A program made the position numbers and the translations under genes. DNA of 64,000 bases from a virus (Duplodnaviria > Caudoviricetes). The first letter of the stretch is position 1. Each line of letters starts with the position of its first letter. The DNA lies in IMG/VR virus record IMGVR_UViG_3300021961_011268, positions 2,085-66,084 of that record; one strand, written 5' to 3'. This document shows, one piece after another, positions 19,340 to 28,433 of the stretch. The notes under the pieces were generated by a model. The model had not been told where the DNA came from. It searched no databases and saw only the letters and a list, made by a program, of their open reading frames with translations.

Positions 19340-20393
19340 AGTAACGTACGAAATTGAAAGTGATGATATACCTTTAGCAGCTCATAATATTGCTATTGGT
19401 CAAAGTATTGGTAATCCAAATGTTCGTTCAGAAATTGAGATGGCTGACAACATTAAAGAAATGGAAGCAATCGTCGAAAAGATTGAAGGTAATAAAGTAA
19501 TAATTGCCTTTCCTTTGAAAGCGTGGGATTGGCCAAACATATCGCAACTTTTATGTACGATACAAGGTGGTCAGTCAGATATTGAACTTGTTCATCGATG
19601 TCGAGTGATTGATATTGAAGGTTTAGATTATATGAATCAACCAGTTCTTGGTATGAAGGCAATGAAAGAAAGATGCGATGCAACAGATCGTCCTCTCTTT
19701 GGTAGTATTGTAAAGCCAAAATCAGGTCTCACTGAATTACAACTTATCAAAATTGTTGAACAAATGGTTGATGGTGGTACGGATTTCATTAAAGAAGATG
19801 AGATCATGGCAAACAATTCTTATTTACCTCTTCAAAAACGTGTTGATATTATTAGTGAAATGTTAGATAAGAAAAACTCAAATGTTGTTTATTCTTATTG
19901 CGTGAATGCTGATCCACTTGAATTGATTGAAAATCTTGATATTGTCAAGCAAGGCGGTGGTGATTGCGTTCATATTAACTTCTGGTCTGGACTTGGTGCA
20001 TATACAACAAGCAATCAAAAAGGACTTATTACTCACTATCAAAGGTCGGGCATTCGTATTCTAACCGACCCGGATAATCGATTTAGTGTTTCTTGGCCAG
20101 TTGTAGTCAAACTTGGTATTATGGCAGGTATCGATACGATGCACATTGGAATGCTTGGTGGTTATTATCCAGAAGGAGAATCAGAAGAAGAAACACTTGA
20201 GGCATTATCACTTTGTCAAAAGTATGATCGTGTTGCAGCCCTCTCATGTGGTATGAATCCAGATTTTGCACGAGAAATACGTGGTAATATTGGAAATAAT
20301 TGGATGGCTAATATAGGTGGATGGCTACATACAGGTGATAGTATATATCAAAAAGTTTATGAAATGAGAAAAAGTCTAGAGGAAACAATATGA
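19329..20393 (+). CDS. RuBisCO-like protein (form IV)
   Basis: IVKPKSGL and GTDFIKEDE motifs, DTMHIG, SCG; lacks the His294 and Lys334 equivalents; GTG start. Confidence 0.9.
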   Translation: MHYRVTYEIESDDIPLAAHNIAIGQSIGNPNVRSEIEMADNIKEMEAIVEKIEGNKVIIAFPLKAWDWPNISQLLCTIQGGQSDIELVHRCRVIDIEGLDYMNQPVLGMKAMKERCDATDRPLFGSIVKPKSGLTELQLIKIVEQMVDGGTDFIKEDEIMANNSYLPLQKRVDIISEMLDKKNSNVVYSYCVNADPLELIENLDIVKQGGGDCVHINFWSGLGAYTTSNQKGLITHYQRSGIRILTDPDNRFSVSWPVVVKLGIMAGIDTMHIGMLGGYYPEGESEEETLEALSLCQKYDRVAALSCGMNPDFAREIRGNIGNNWMANIGGWLHTGDSIYQKVYEMRKSLEETI

Positions 20394-21097
20394 AAATAAT
20401 TTTGCCAATGGCGGGAAATGGTAGTCGATTTTTTGATGCCGGATATTCTCTACCAAAACCTTTGATTGATGTCAAAGGAAAACCGATGTTTTCTCGTGTT
20501 CTTGATAATTTAAATATTACAAAGGATGATGATATTCATTTCATTGTTCGTATGGAACATGTACTTAATTATCAAATACAAAATCAGATTCATGACTATT
20601 ATCCAGATGCTCATATCCATGCATTAAGTGAAATGAATGAAGGGGCTTGTCAAACTGTTTTGACAGCAATCGATCAATATAGTGAATTAGATTTTATGGT
20701 AGCAAATTGTGACCAAATTATGATATGGGAAAGGCCTGATTTTAATTTTAAAATTGGTGGTACTATCATGACGTTTACACCCGATCATGATAAACCAATA
20801 CATTCATACGTAAAATGCAATGATAAAGGGCATGTGATTGAACTTGCTGAAAAACGTATGATTAGTAATATTGCAACAACTGGTGTTTACCATTTTGGAT
20901 CTCAAAAAGATTTCTATATTGCAGCACATCAAATGATGGAAGCAAATGATCGTACAAATGGTGAATTCTATCTTGCTCCTGTATATAATTATTTAAATAA
21001 ACCAATTGAAATATATCATTGCGAAAAATTCATTGGAATGGGTACACCTCAAGAATTAGAAGAATTGAAACAAACTGATTATTATAAGAACTTATGA
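20390..21097 (+). CDS. Sugar-phosphate nucleotidyltransferase
   Basis: ILPMAGNGSRF...PKPLI, NCDQ, AEK, NGEFY and MGTP motifs. Confidence 0.85.
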   Translation: MKIILPMAGNGSRFFDAGYSLPKPLIDVKGKPMFSRVLDNLNITKDDDIHFIVRMEHVLNYQIQNQIHDYYPDAHIHALSEMNEGACQTVLTAIDQYSELDFMVANCDQIMIWERPDFNFKIGGTIMTFTPDHDKPIHSYVKCNDKGHVIELAEKRMISNIATTGVYHFGSQKDFYIAAHQMMEANDRTNGEFYLAPVYNYLNKPIEIYHCEKFIGMGTPQELEELKQTDYYKNL

Positions 21098-21828
21098 AAC
21101 TTGCTATTTGTGTAACTGGACAATATAGACCAACTGTAAGAAATCCATCAGACGCAAAATTTAATTTAGATCGCTTTCAACAGATCTTTTATGATGCTGA
21201 TGTATATTATCACACATACGATAAAAATGTAGATTCATTACCAAATTGGATAAATCGCAATCAAGTTTATTCATGGCCTGAACCAGAAAATCATTACCAT
21301 CCAGTAAATGATACGCCTTTTTTGTGTCCACATAAAAAATTTCATGATTATCGAAAAAGAAATATTTTAACACATAAGACTGCTCATGCCCATAAGCAAA
21401 TACTTTCTTATGCAAATTTAATTGAACAAATGACATTACCTCAATATCATAGTTATGATATATTGATTCGTATACGTTGGGATACCGCAATCAATATGAC
21501 TCGTCAAGATATTGAAAAGTATTTTGAATATGTAATGAATGAAGGTCCTGTTGGATTTATGACAAGGGCAAATCGTGGACCAAAATATGAAAATGGAAAT
21601 ACCGTTATATTGCCAAAAGATAGTACCGCTATAGATGATGATTGGTATTGTTATTTACCTGATACAATGATACTTCATAGTCCAAAACATTTTGATCCAA
21701 AATATGTTCAAGAACTTTTTTCAAAACGACAATTATGGCCAGCAGAATGGGGATGGTGGCAAACAATGTCAGAACCTTATAATAATAATCATTTATCTGT
21801 CCATGGTGGTGTTATTATTGCAAGATAA
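21094..21828 (+). CDS. Putative glycosyltransferase-like protein
   Basis: KLAICVTGQYR and YDILIRIRWD motifs common in glycan clusters. Confidence 0.5.
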   Translation: MKLAICVTGQYRPTVRNPSDAKFNLDRFQQIFYDADVYYHTYDKNVDSLPNWINRNQVYSWPEPENHYHPVNDTPFLCPHKKFHDYRKRNILTHKTAHAHKQILSYANLIEQMTLPQYHSYDILIRIRWDTAINMTRQDIEKYFEYVMNEGPVGFMTRANRGPKYENGNTVILPKDSTAIDDDWYCYLPDTMILHSPKHFDPKYVQELFSKRQLWPAEWGWWQTMSEPYNNNHLSVHGGVIIAR

Positions 21829-21833
21829 ATCTA

Positions 21834-21862
21834 TTTACATATTTAAAAGTATAATATATAAT
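21834..21862 (+). promoter_or_regulatory. Sigma70-type promoter
   Basis: TTTACA-N17-TATAAT. Confidence 0.65.
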
Positions 21863-21923
21863 TATAATTATATTTTTAGAAGTATAATATATAATTATAA
21901 TTATATTTTTAGAAGTATAATAT
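21847..21923. repeat. 33-bp AT-rich tandem repeat (~2.3 copies)
   Basis: Unit AAGTATAATATATAATTATAATTATATTTTTAG containing the palindrome ATATAATTATAATTATAT. Confidence 0.9.
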
Positions 21924-21940
21924 TAAGAGGAAAGTAAAAC

Positions 21941-22555
21941 ATGAGTGAGTTAAGAAAATCATTTGATAGAGCTGGATCTGATAAAGGCTGGAAACATGGT
22001 TATGAAAGGGCTTATGAAGAAACCTTTGAACCAATTCGAAATGAACCATTGAATATACTTGAAATTGGTATTTTACATGGTGAATCACTTGCTGCTTGGG
22101 TTGACTACTTTCCGAATGCACAAATTTATGGCATTGATACATTCGAAAGAGTTGCACCAAAAGATATTAATATATTGAATCATGAACGTGTACATTGGTT
22201 AAAAGGTATGAGCCAAACAATTAATACAAAAGAATTAATAAAAAAAACTTGGCCTGATGTTCAATTTGATATTATTATTGATGATGGCCTACATACGCCA
22301 ATTGCGAATGGTGCCACATTTGAAAATCTGATTGAATTTTTAAAAGATGACGGATATTATTTTATTGAAGACATATATCCACTTGATATTCTTACTGAAA
22401 AAGAATGGCAAAATCGTTGGATCACAACACACCAAAAAGATTTTACGATGATAAATTGGGTAAGATTTACAAATGCATTATTTGGATATAAAGAAAAACA
22501 TTATGATCTTCGAGATCGATATGCTGATTCTTATATTATAAGGATATCGAAATAA
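21941..22555 (+). CDS. Class I SAM O-methyltransferase
   Basis: SDK..HGY, ILEIGI, IYGID, DIIIDDGLH and YFIED motifs. Confidence 0.85.
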   Translation: MSELRKSFDRAGSDKGWKHGYERAYEETFEPIRNEPLNILEIGILHGESLAAWVDYFPNAQIYGIDTFERVAPKDINILNHERVHWLKGMSQTINTKELIKKTWPDVQFDIIIDDGLHTPIANGATFENLIEFLKDDGYYFIEDIYPLDILTEKEWQNRWITTHQKDFTMINWVRFTNALFGYKEKHYDLRDRYADSYIIRISK

Positions 22556-23289
22556 TGAAAGCTTTTATTATTACAATGAAGGATAATTCTGAATCTGTTG
22601 CACTGTCCAATCGTTGTGTTGAATCAATAAAAAATTCGAATACACTACTTGATGTTTATATATCAAATGGAGTTGTACCAGAAACACTTTCAGAAACACT
22701 TCATTCGTATTTTCGAAATTCATCTATACCAAATATATATTATACATATCCAAAAACTCCTGATGAAAATCGTCATGATATTAAATCAGGTTTAAAACTT
22801 TCAGCCTATCAAACAGTTGATTTGGATAAAAGAGTTTCTTGCCTAATGTCTCATTATGTATTATGGCATTATGCAATTAAAAATAATGAGACAATTATGA
22901 TACTTGAACATGATGCGTGTTTTTATCCAAAGAAATTCAATGTTAATATAAAATTTTCTGGTTCTATTCTTGGTCTTAATGATCCAAGAGGAGCAACAAG
23001 AAAAGCAAATGTATATCATGAGAAGCTTGCAATTGGCAATCCAGAATCAAAACCAATTCCAAGAGAGATCCCTTGGATTGATGATCATATGGTACCTCAA
23101 GGTCTTGCTGGAAATTCAGCTTATATTATTAAACCAAAAGGTGCTCAAATATTATGTGAATTAATTGCTGAACATGGATTATGGCCGAATGATAGTATCA
23201 TGTGTAAACAATTAATGCCAGGTGAATTGCAAACAGTTTATCCATATGTCACATATGTAAAACAAACTAAGTCATTTACATCATCTTAA
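22555..23289 (+). CDS. GT25-like glycosyltransferase
   Basis: SCLMSHYVLW, ILEHDA and AYIIKPKGA motifs. Confidence 0.75.
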   Translation: MKAFIITMKDNSESVALSNRCVESIKNSNTLLDVYISNGVVPETLSETLHSYFRNSSIPNIYYTYPKTPDENRHDIKSGLKLSAYQTVDLDKRVSCLMSHYVLWHYAIKNNETIMILEHDACFYPKKFNVNIKFSGSILGLNDPRGATRKANVYHEKLAIGNPESKPIPREIPWIDDHMVPQGLAGNSAYIIKPKGAQILCELIAEHGLWPNDSIMCKQLMPGELQTVYPYVTYVKQTKSFTSS

Positions 23290-23298
23290 GGAAATATT

Positions 23299-23997
23299 AT
23301 GAAAGCATATGTTATTACAATTGAGAATCATAAAGGTTCAAATGATTGCGCAGATCGATTAATTAAATCTGGTAATGCAGATCGTTTTGGTAGTGGTCTA
23401 TGGATTCATAAATTTAAGGCAACAACACCTACTAATATCCATCAGATATTTGAAAATGAAGGTTTAAATCCTTCTGCTTTTCAGGATAAATATTCAATTC
23501 AAGAGAATGCAATGGCTTGTTTTTATTCTCATTATTCCTTATGGAAAAAGACGGTTGAAGAAGATGAGCCTCATATGATCTTTGAGCATGATGCAGTTAT
23601 TGTGGGTGATATTCCAAATATATTCACACTACCTGATAAAGGATGTATATCATTTGGTAAACCTTCATATGGCAAATATAATATTCCAACACAAATTGGT
23701 ATTAATCCATTACAGAGTAAGCAATACTTTCCAGGCGCGCATGCGTATCTAGTCAGACCTCATTGTGCAAAACAATTAATTCAAAAGGCTAAGACACACG
23801 CAGCTCCAACAGATCTTTTTTTAACAAATGCTAATTTCAATTTCCTTGAAGAATATTATCCATGGCCTGTTGAAGTAAAAGATACCTTTACAACAATACA
23901 ACAAGAAAATGGATGTATTGCAAAACATAATTATAATAAGAATTATCGTATTGATACAAATTGGGATAATCCTAATGCGGGACAAGATTTTAAATGA
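23299..23997 (+). CDS. GT25-like glycosyltransferase
   Basis: ACFYSHYSLW, IFEHDA and GAHAYLVRP motifs. Confidence 0.75.
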   Translation: MKAYVITIENHKGSNDCADRLIKSGNADRFGSGLWIHKFKATTPTNIHQIFENEGLNPSAFQDKYSIQENAMACFYSHYSLWKKTVEEDEPHMIFEHDAVIVGDIPNIFTLPDKGCISFGKPSYGKYNIPTQIGINPLQSKQYFPGAHAYLVRPHCAKQLIQKAKTHAAPTDLFLTNANFNFLEEYYPWPVEVKDTFTTIQQENGCIAKHNYNKNYRIDTNWDNPNAGQDFK

Positions 23998-24635
23998 ATG
24001 TATTCTTAACAGGTTGTGATAAAAATACTGAATGGATGCTACAATGGTGGTATCACGAATATTCAAAATATAATACAACACCTGTTATTTTTGCAAACTT
24101 TGGTGTAAGTCATACAACGCTTGAGTGGGCAAAGGATAATTTTCATGATATTATTGATATGACTAATCAAAAACAAAGTGGCTGGTTTTTAAAACCTCTT
24201 GCCATGAGAGAAGCTGGAAAGGTCTATTCGAAAGTTTGTTGGATTGATACTGATTGTCATGTACTAGATAATATTTCTGAAATCTTTTCATTTTCGAAAA
24301 AAGAAAAACTTGGCATGGTACAAGATAGACCTTGGACAAAAAGAACTGGAGAGATATGGCATAATAGTGGTATTGTTTTATTTGAAAATAATCCAAAGAT
24401 ATTAAATGATTGGATCAATGAGATTCAATCAAATCCAAGAAAAGGTGATCAAGAAACATTGCATTATATGCTTAAGACACCATTAAATGTTTTAATATTT
24501 ATTGAAGATTTACCATTTATATATAATACACTTCGACTCGATTTTGTTGATGGTGTAGCACAAAAAAATGCAAAGGTCCATCATTGGACAGGAGCTAAAG
24601 GAAAAGAAAAAATAAAAGAGATAATGAACAAATGA
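23994..24635 (+). CDS. GT-A glycosyltransferase (GT8-like)
   Basis: WIDTDC, HNSGIV, GDQETL and HHWTG motifs. Confidence 0.75.
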   Translation: MNVFLTGCDKNTEWMLQWWYHEYSKYNTTPVIFANFGVSHTTLEWAKDNFHDIIDMTNQKQSGWFLKPLAMREAGKVYSKVCWIDTDCHVLDNISEIFSFSKKEKLGMVQDRPWTKRTGEIWHNSGIVLFENNPKILNDWINEIQSNPRKGDQETLHYMLKTPLNVLIFIEDLPFIYNTLRLDFVDGVAQKNAKVHHWTGAKGKEKIKEIMNK

Positions 24636-25237
24636 ATAAGGTAATACATGTCATAGGTAATGGGCCAAAAGGTGCACCTCTTTTTAATAAAGAAGAACGT
24701 AAAGGTCTTAAAATCGGATGTAATATACTTCCATTTGCAATACCTAATATTTATGGTACAGTAATTGCTGATTTTAAAATGATGAAAGCGATTACCGAAG
24801 GATCTGTTACTGTACCTGGCGATTGGATCCTTGGCTTTCGGCCGAAGGTATGGAGTGAAAAAACACCTGGTTTTCTTATGAAATTTGGTCATCAAATTAA
24901 AGAATTCTATTTGAATAAACCTGATTATGCTGAAACATATACTGATTTCAATTGTGGCCATATGGCTGTTCATTATAGTGCACATAAATTGAAAGGTACA
25001 GAGATCCATCTTTATGGATTTGATTCTCTCTTTGAGTTTGACATTCGATCTACGACCGACTTTGTATTACCGAGTGATCGTGGTACAGGCAATACTCACA
25101 AGCTATCAGAAAAATGGCGTCATATCTTTAATGAAATGTTCAAAGAATTCAGTGATACAAAGTTTATACTTCATCACAACCATGGTGATCTTAAAATTAA
25201 TAAATCTAATAATATTGAAATTATTATAGGCAAATAA
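24632..25237 (+). CDS. CstII/Maf/GT29-like fold putative CMP-sugar transferase
   Basis: VIGNGP, IGCN, NCGHMA and IHLYGFD motifs. Confidence 0.55.
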   Translation: MNKVIHVIGNGPKGAPLFNKEERKGLKIGCNILPFAIPNIYGTVIADFKMMKAITEGSVTVPGDWILGFRPKVWSEKTPGFLMKFGHQIKEFYLNKPDYAETYTDFNCGHMAVHYSAHKLKGTEIHLYGFDSLFEFDIRSTTDFVLPSDRGTGNTHKLSEKWRHIFNEMFKEFSDTKFILHHNHGDLKINKSNNIEIIIGK

Positions 25238-25354
25238 TACTGTTACATTTTTGTTACAGCTATAAAAAAGTGCATATGATGTGCATTTTTTTGTTTACAT
25301 ATAGTTTAAACTATGGTATAATGAATATATCAAAACAACAAAAGGACAGATAAA
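25235..25354 (+). promoter_or_regulatory. Early promoter cassette, copy 3
   Basis: CTGTTACATTTTTGTTACAG; hairpin; TTTACA(25294)-N17-TATAAT; CAAAACAACAAAAGGACA. Confidence 0.85.
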
Positions 25355-25843
25355 ATGACAAATGAAATTAGAAATAAAGAAAATCAAGTAATTTTCACTT
25401 ATGAAGAAAAATGCTTAAATCAAGCTAACTTAGTTGGTGCTAACTTAGTTTGGGCTAACTTAGTTGATGCTGACTTATCTGGTGCTAACTTATCTGGGGC
25501 TAACTTACATGGTGCTAGCTTATTTAGGGCTGACTTATCTGGGGCTGACTTATCTGAAGCTGACTTAGTTTACGCTAATTTAGCTGGGGCTAATTTATCT
25601 GGCGCTAATTTATCTGGGGCTAACTTAGTTGGTGCTAACTTATTTATGGCTGACTTATCTGGGGCTGACATATCTGGGGCTGACATATCTGGTGCTGACT
25701 TATTTATGGCTAATATAGGTGGTATTACGGCAAATGCCGATCAATTAGTAGCATCATTTAAAATTCCAATTGATTTGATTTTAGATATTCAGCCTGATAT
25801 TCGTATTGTTGAAGAAGAATATCGTGATACTGAGGAAAAATAA
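25355..25843 (+). CDS. Pentapeptide repeat protein
   Basis: About 20 tandem A(N/D)Lxx repeats (15-bp DNA units). Confidence 0.92.
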   Translation: MTNEIRNKENQVIFTYEEKCLNQANLVGANLVWANLVDADLSGANLSGANLHGASLFRADLSGADLSEADLVYANLAGANLSGANLSGANLVGANLFMADLSGADISGADISGADLFMANIGGITANADQLVASFKIPIDLILDIQPDIRIVEEEYRDTEEK

Positions 25844-25844
25844 A

Positions 25845-26453
25845 ATGTTAAAAAATCAGAATATAATACTTACCGATGCTGATGGTGTACTTCTTAATTG
25901 GGAATATGGTTTTCATCAATTCATTCAAAGATATAAAGACGTACCAGAAGATAAAATTGTTTATGGTACATATTCTATTTCTGAAAGATATGACATAAGT
26001 GATAGACTTGCAATGCATCTTGTTCGAACATATAATGCTTCTGCTCATATGTTATATTGTAAACCATTGAGAGATAGTGTTAAATATGTTCGTAAGCTTT
26101 ATGAAGAACATGGTTACAAATTCCACGTTATTACATCTCAAACAGACGACAAGTATGCTGCAGATTTACGCAAAAAAAACTTATGTAATATATTTGGTGA
26201 AGACGTCTTTGACGGTTTCACGATCTTAGGATGTGGTGCTGATAAAGATGATGCTTTAATGCCATATGCTGGAAGTGAATGTTATTGGATTGAAGATAAA
26301 ACAAAGAATGCAAATCTTTCTGAAGTTTTTGGCTTAAAAGGTATATTAATGGATCATATGTATAATACTAAAGATAAAATAGCTGATAGTGTTATTAGAC
26401 TTCCAAATTGGAAAGCAATATATAATTATATTACTGGAGAAATTCATGTTTGA
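25845..26453 (+). CDS. HAD-superfamily phosphatase (T4 30.2-like)
   Basis: LTDADGVLL DxD motif, VITS, K and WIEDK. Confidence 0.8.
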   Translation: MLKNQNIILTDADGVLLNWEYGFHQFIQRYKDVPEDKIVYGTYSISERYDISDRLAMHLVRTYNASAHMLYCKPLRDSVKYVRKLYEEHGYKFHVITSQTDDKYAADLRKKNLCNIFGEDVFDGFTILGCGADKDDALMPYAGSECYWIEDKTKNANLSEVFGLKGILMDHMYNTKDKIADSVIRLPNWKAIYNYITGEIHV

Positions 26454-26724
26454 TTATAAATTTAATGAAGATGTAAATATTGTTGAACTTCAAGAATATG
26501 TTGATGCTACTTATTCTCAGCATTATTCAACAAACAAATATCAAGCCGGTGAATTCATTATTGATGCTGGTCATGGTATGGGTTTTGCAATCGGTAATAT
26601 CATGAAATACGCTCAGCGTTATGGCAAAAAAGATGGTTGCAATCGTAAAGATTTAATGAAAATATTACATTATGCTTTGATTGCTTTATACGTACACGAT
26701 AAAGAAAATAGTAATGAATTATAA
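26446..26724 (+). CDS. DUF3310-like protein
   Basis: QHY, GFAIGNIMKYAQRYGKK and DLMK motifs. Confidence 0.75.
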   Translation: MFDYKFNEDVNIVELQEYVDATYSQHYSTNKYQAGEFIIDAGHGMGFAIGNIMKYAQRYGKKDGCNRKDLMKILHYALIALYVHDKENSNEL

Positions 26725-27319
26725 AGACCTTTTAGGCAAAGTTGCCCACCAACAATTTGTATATGGTCCTGATGTAGACTTTCTCAAGTCATTCCGGTCG
26801 AACCAAATAATAAGCAAAGAGTGGTTGGTGGACAACATTCAAAAAAGTGTCAGTGTTGACTCCTACAATAATGTAGCAGTCCTTGGATCATGGAGTTCTG
26901 TCCTTCTCTATGAACTCATGTCAATTGGAAGTGATGCCCCAATTGAGCACTGGCACTTTTTTGATATCGATCCACATGTTCATATTCAACGTGATCGTTA
27001 TTTTGAAGCAAATAATATGAATAAGAACTATACATCATACACAAAAGATGTAGATATACTTTTCCGTGATCACGGATTTCATAAACAATTTGATCTCATA
27101 ATCAATCCAAGTTGCGAACATATGATGGATCTTCGAACAACAAATGGGCCAATCTATGCTCTTTGCAGTAATAATATGAATAATATAGATCAACATATTA
27201 ATTGCGTACAATCAAGCCAACAATTACGCGAAAAGAACAATCTCAGTACTGTTTTATATAAGGGAACAAAGCAATTGTCAACAGGATATAATCGCTTTTG
27301 TGTGATTGGATTGCATTAA
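26714..27319 (+). CDS. SAM-methyltransferase-fold hypothetical protein
   Basis: SKEWL, VLGSW, FDID and IINPSCEHM motifs. Confidence 0.55.
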   Translation: MNYKDLLGKVAHQQFVYGPDVDFLKSFRSNQIISKEWLVDNIQKSVSVDSYNNVAVLGSWSSVLLYELMSIGSDAPIEHWHFFDIDPHVHIQRDRYFEANNMNKNYTSYTKDVDILFRDHGFHKQFDLIINPSCEHMMDLRTTNGPIYALCSNNMNNIDQHINCVQSSQQLREKNNLSTVLYKGTKQLSTGYNRFCVIGLH

Positions 27320-27333
27320 AAATACATCTTTTG

Positions 27334-27341
27334 TATAAATA
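27334..27341 (+). promoter_or_regulatory. T4-type late promoter heading the curli-like operon
   Basis: TATAAATA 5 nt before the ATG at 27347. Confidence 0.65.
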
Positions 27342-27346
27342 TATCT

Positions 27347-27640
27347 ATGGATATATTTGGACTTATCTCTGAAGTTGGAGCTCCCATAGCTGCAATGATA
27401 GCAATGGGGTTTTTTATATTTCTCGTTATTCGACAAATGCTTGAGGGTATTATCGAACGAGTGAATACTCTTACTATGTTTTGTAATAGTCTAGAAAACC
27501 GTGCAAGAACAATGTCAAATGAAATGATTAAGATTGATCTACTTGTTTCAAGTGCTCTTGATCTAAGACCTGATATTGATAGAATTGCACGAGCAGAAAA
27601 CTTTGTAGAAGATAAAAAAGTGGATGTAAGAAGAGATTAG
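27347..27640 (+). CDS. Single-TM coiled-coil membrane protein
   Basis: LISEVGAPIAAM TM segment; paralog of the next gene. Confidence 0.65.
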   Translation: MDIFGLISEVGAPIAAMIAMGFFIFLVIRQMLEGIIERVNTLTMFCNSLENRARTMSNEMIKIDLLVSSALDLRPDIDRIARAENFVEDKKVDVRRD

Positions 27641-27928
27641 ATGGAAGAAAGTTTTAATATTATTAATTTGATTAGTGAATATGGTTTTCCTGTTGTTGCA
27701 ATGGTTGGTCTTGGATATTTTATTTATTTTATATGGAATTTTGTTAATAAAAATGTTGATCCTGAAATGCATAAAATGCATCTTGCTCTTATTCGAGTAA
27801 TTGATCAAACAAGAATGCTCGATCAAGATATGATAAGATTGCAGCAAAAAGTCAATGTTGTATTAGAATATAGAGAAATATATGGAAGAGCACATCAAAA
27901 AACTAAAAAGAAAAAAGAGGATGAATAA
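27641..27928 (+). CDS. Single-TM coiled-coil membrane protein
   Basis: LISEYGFPVVAM TM segment; paralog of the previous gene. Confidence 0.65.
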   Translation: MEESFNIINLISEYGFPVVAMVGLGYFIYFIWNFVNKNVDPEMHKMHLALIRVIDQTRMLDQDMIRLQQKVNVVLEYREIYGRAHQKTKKKKEDE

Positions 27929-28424
27929 ACTTATCGATAAATTTATCATATTAATTATGGTATCTTTTTGGATTTTTATTATTTGCATTTCAATAGCAAA
28001 TTCAACTGAGTTGAATCATAAATTTAAATCACCATCATTTAATGGTATTAATACGAGTGCTCATTATTTGACAATTGAGAATCAAATGAAATCTCGTAAA
28101 GATAAGATTCAATCAGATATTGAAGCTGAATTGTTGGCAAAACAAAGAGAAGAAGAAAATACTTTATTGTCAAAATTTATTCGTAATTTTGAATCAAGAG
28201 TATATTCACAGTTAAGTAAACAATTAGTTGATCAATTATTTGATGGAACTGGATCCTCATTTGGATCATTTGTTCTTGAAGGAAGTACAATTACATATCA
28301 AATACAACCTTGTGATGATATGATAAGATGCAATATTGGCGATGAAGTAATTGTTATGGATATTGTTGATGAAGCCGGCTCGAGCACTAATATAACAATA
28401 CCGATAGGTGCTGGAACTTTTTAA
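27921..28424 (+). CDS. csgF: Curli assembly protein CsgF-like
   Basis: Signal peptide followed by TELNHKFKSPSFNG, resembling the CsgF N-terminal F.NP.FGG motif; adjacent to csgG. Confidence 0.75.
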   Translation: MNKLIDKFIILIMVSFWIFIICISIANSTELNHKFKSPSFNGINTSAHYLTIENQMKSRKDKIQSDIEAELLAKQREEENTLLSKFIRNFESRVYSQLSKQLVDQLFDGTGSSFGSFVLEGSTITYQIQPCDDMIRCNIGDEVIVMDIVDEAGSSTNITIPIGAGTF

Positions 28425-28433
28425 GGTAGTAAA

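Noticed and set aside
19329-20393. Bona fide CO2-fixing RuBisCO
   Set aside because: Lacks the His294 and Lys334 equivalents, is short, and has no small subunit or phosphoribulokinase nearby.
25420-25715. DGR variable region or non-coding tandem array
   Set aside because: Explained by pentapeptide coding; no reverse transcriptase or template repeat in the window.
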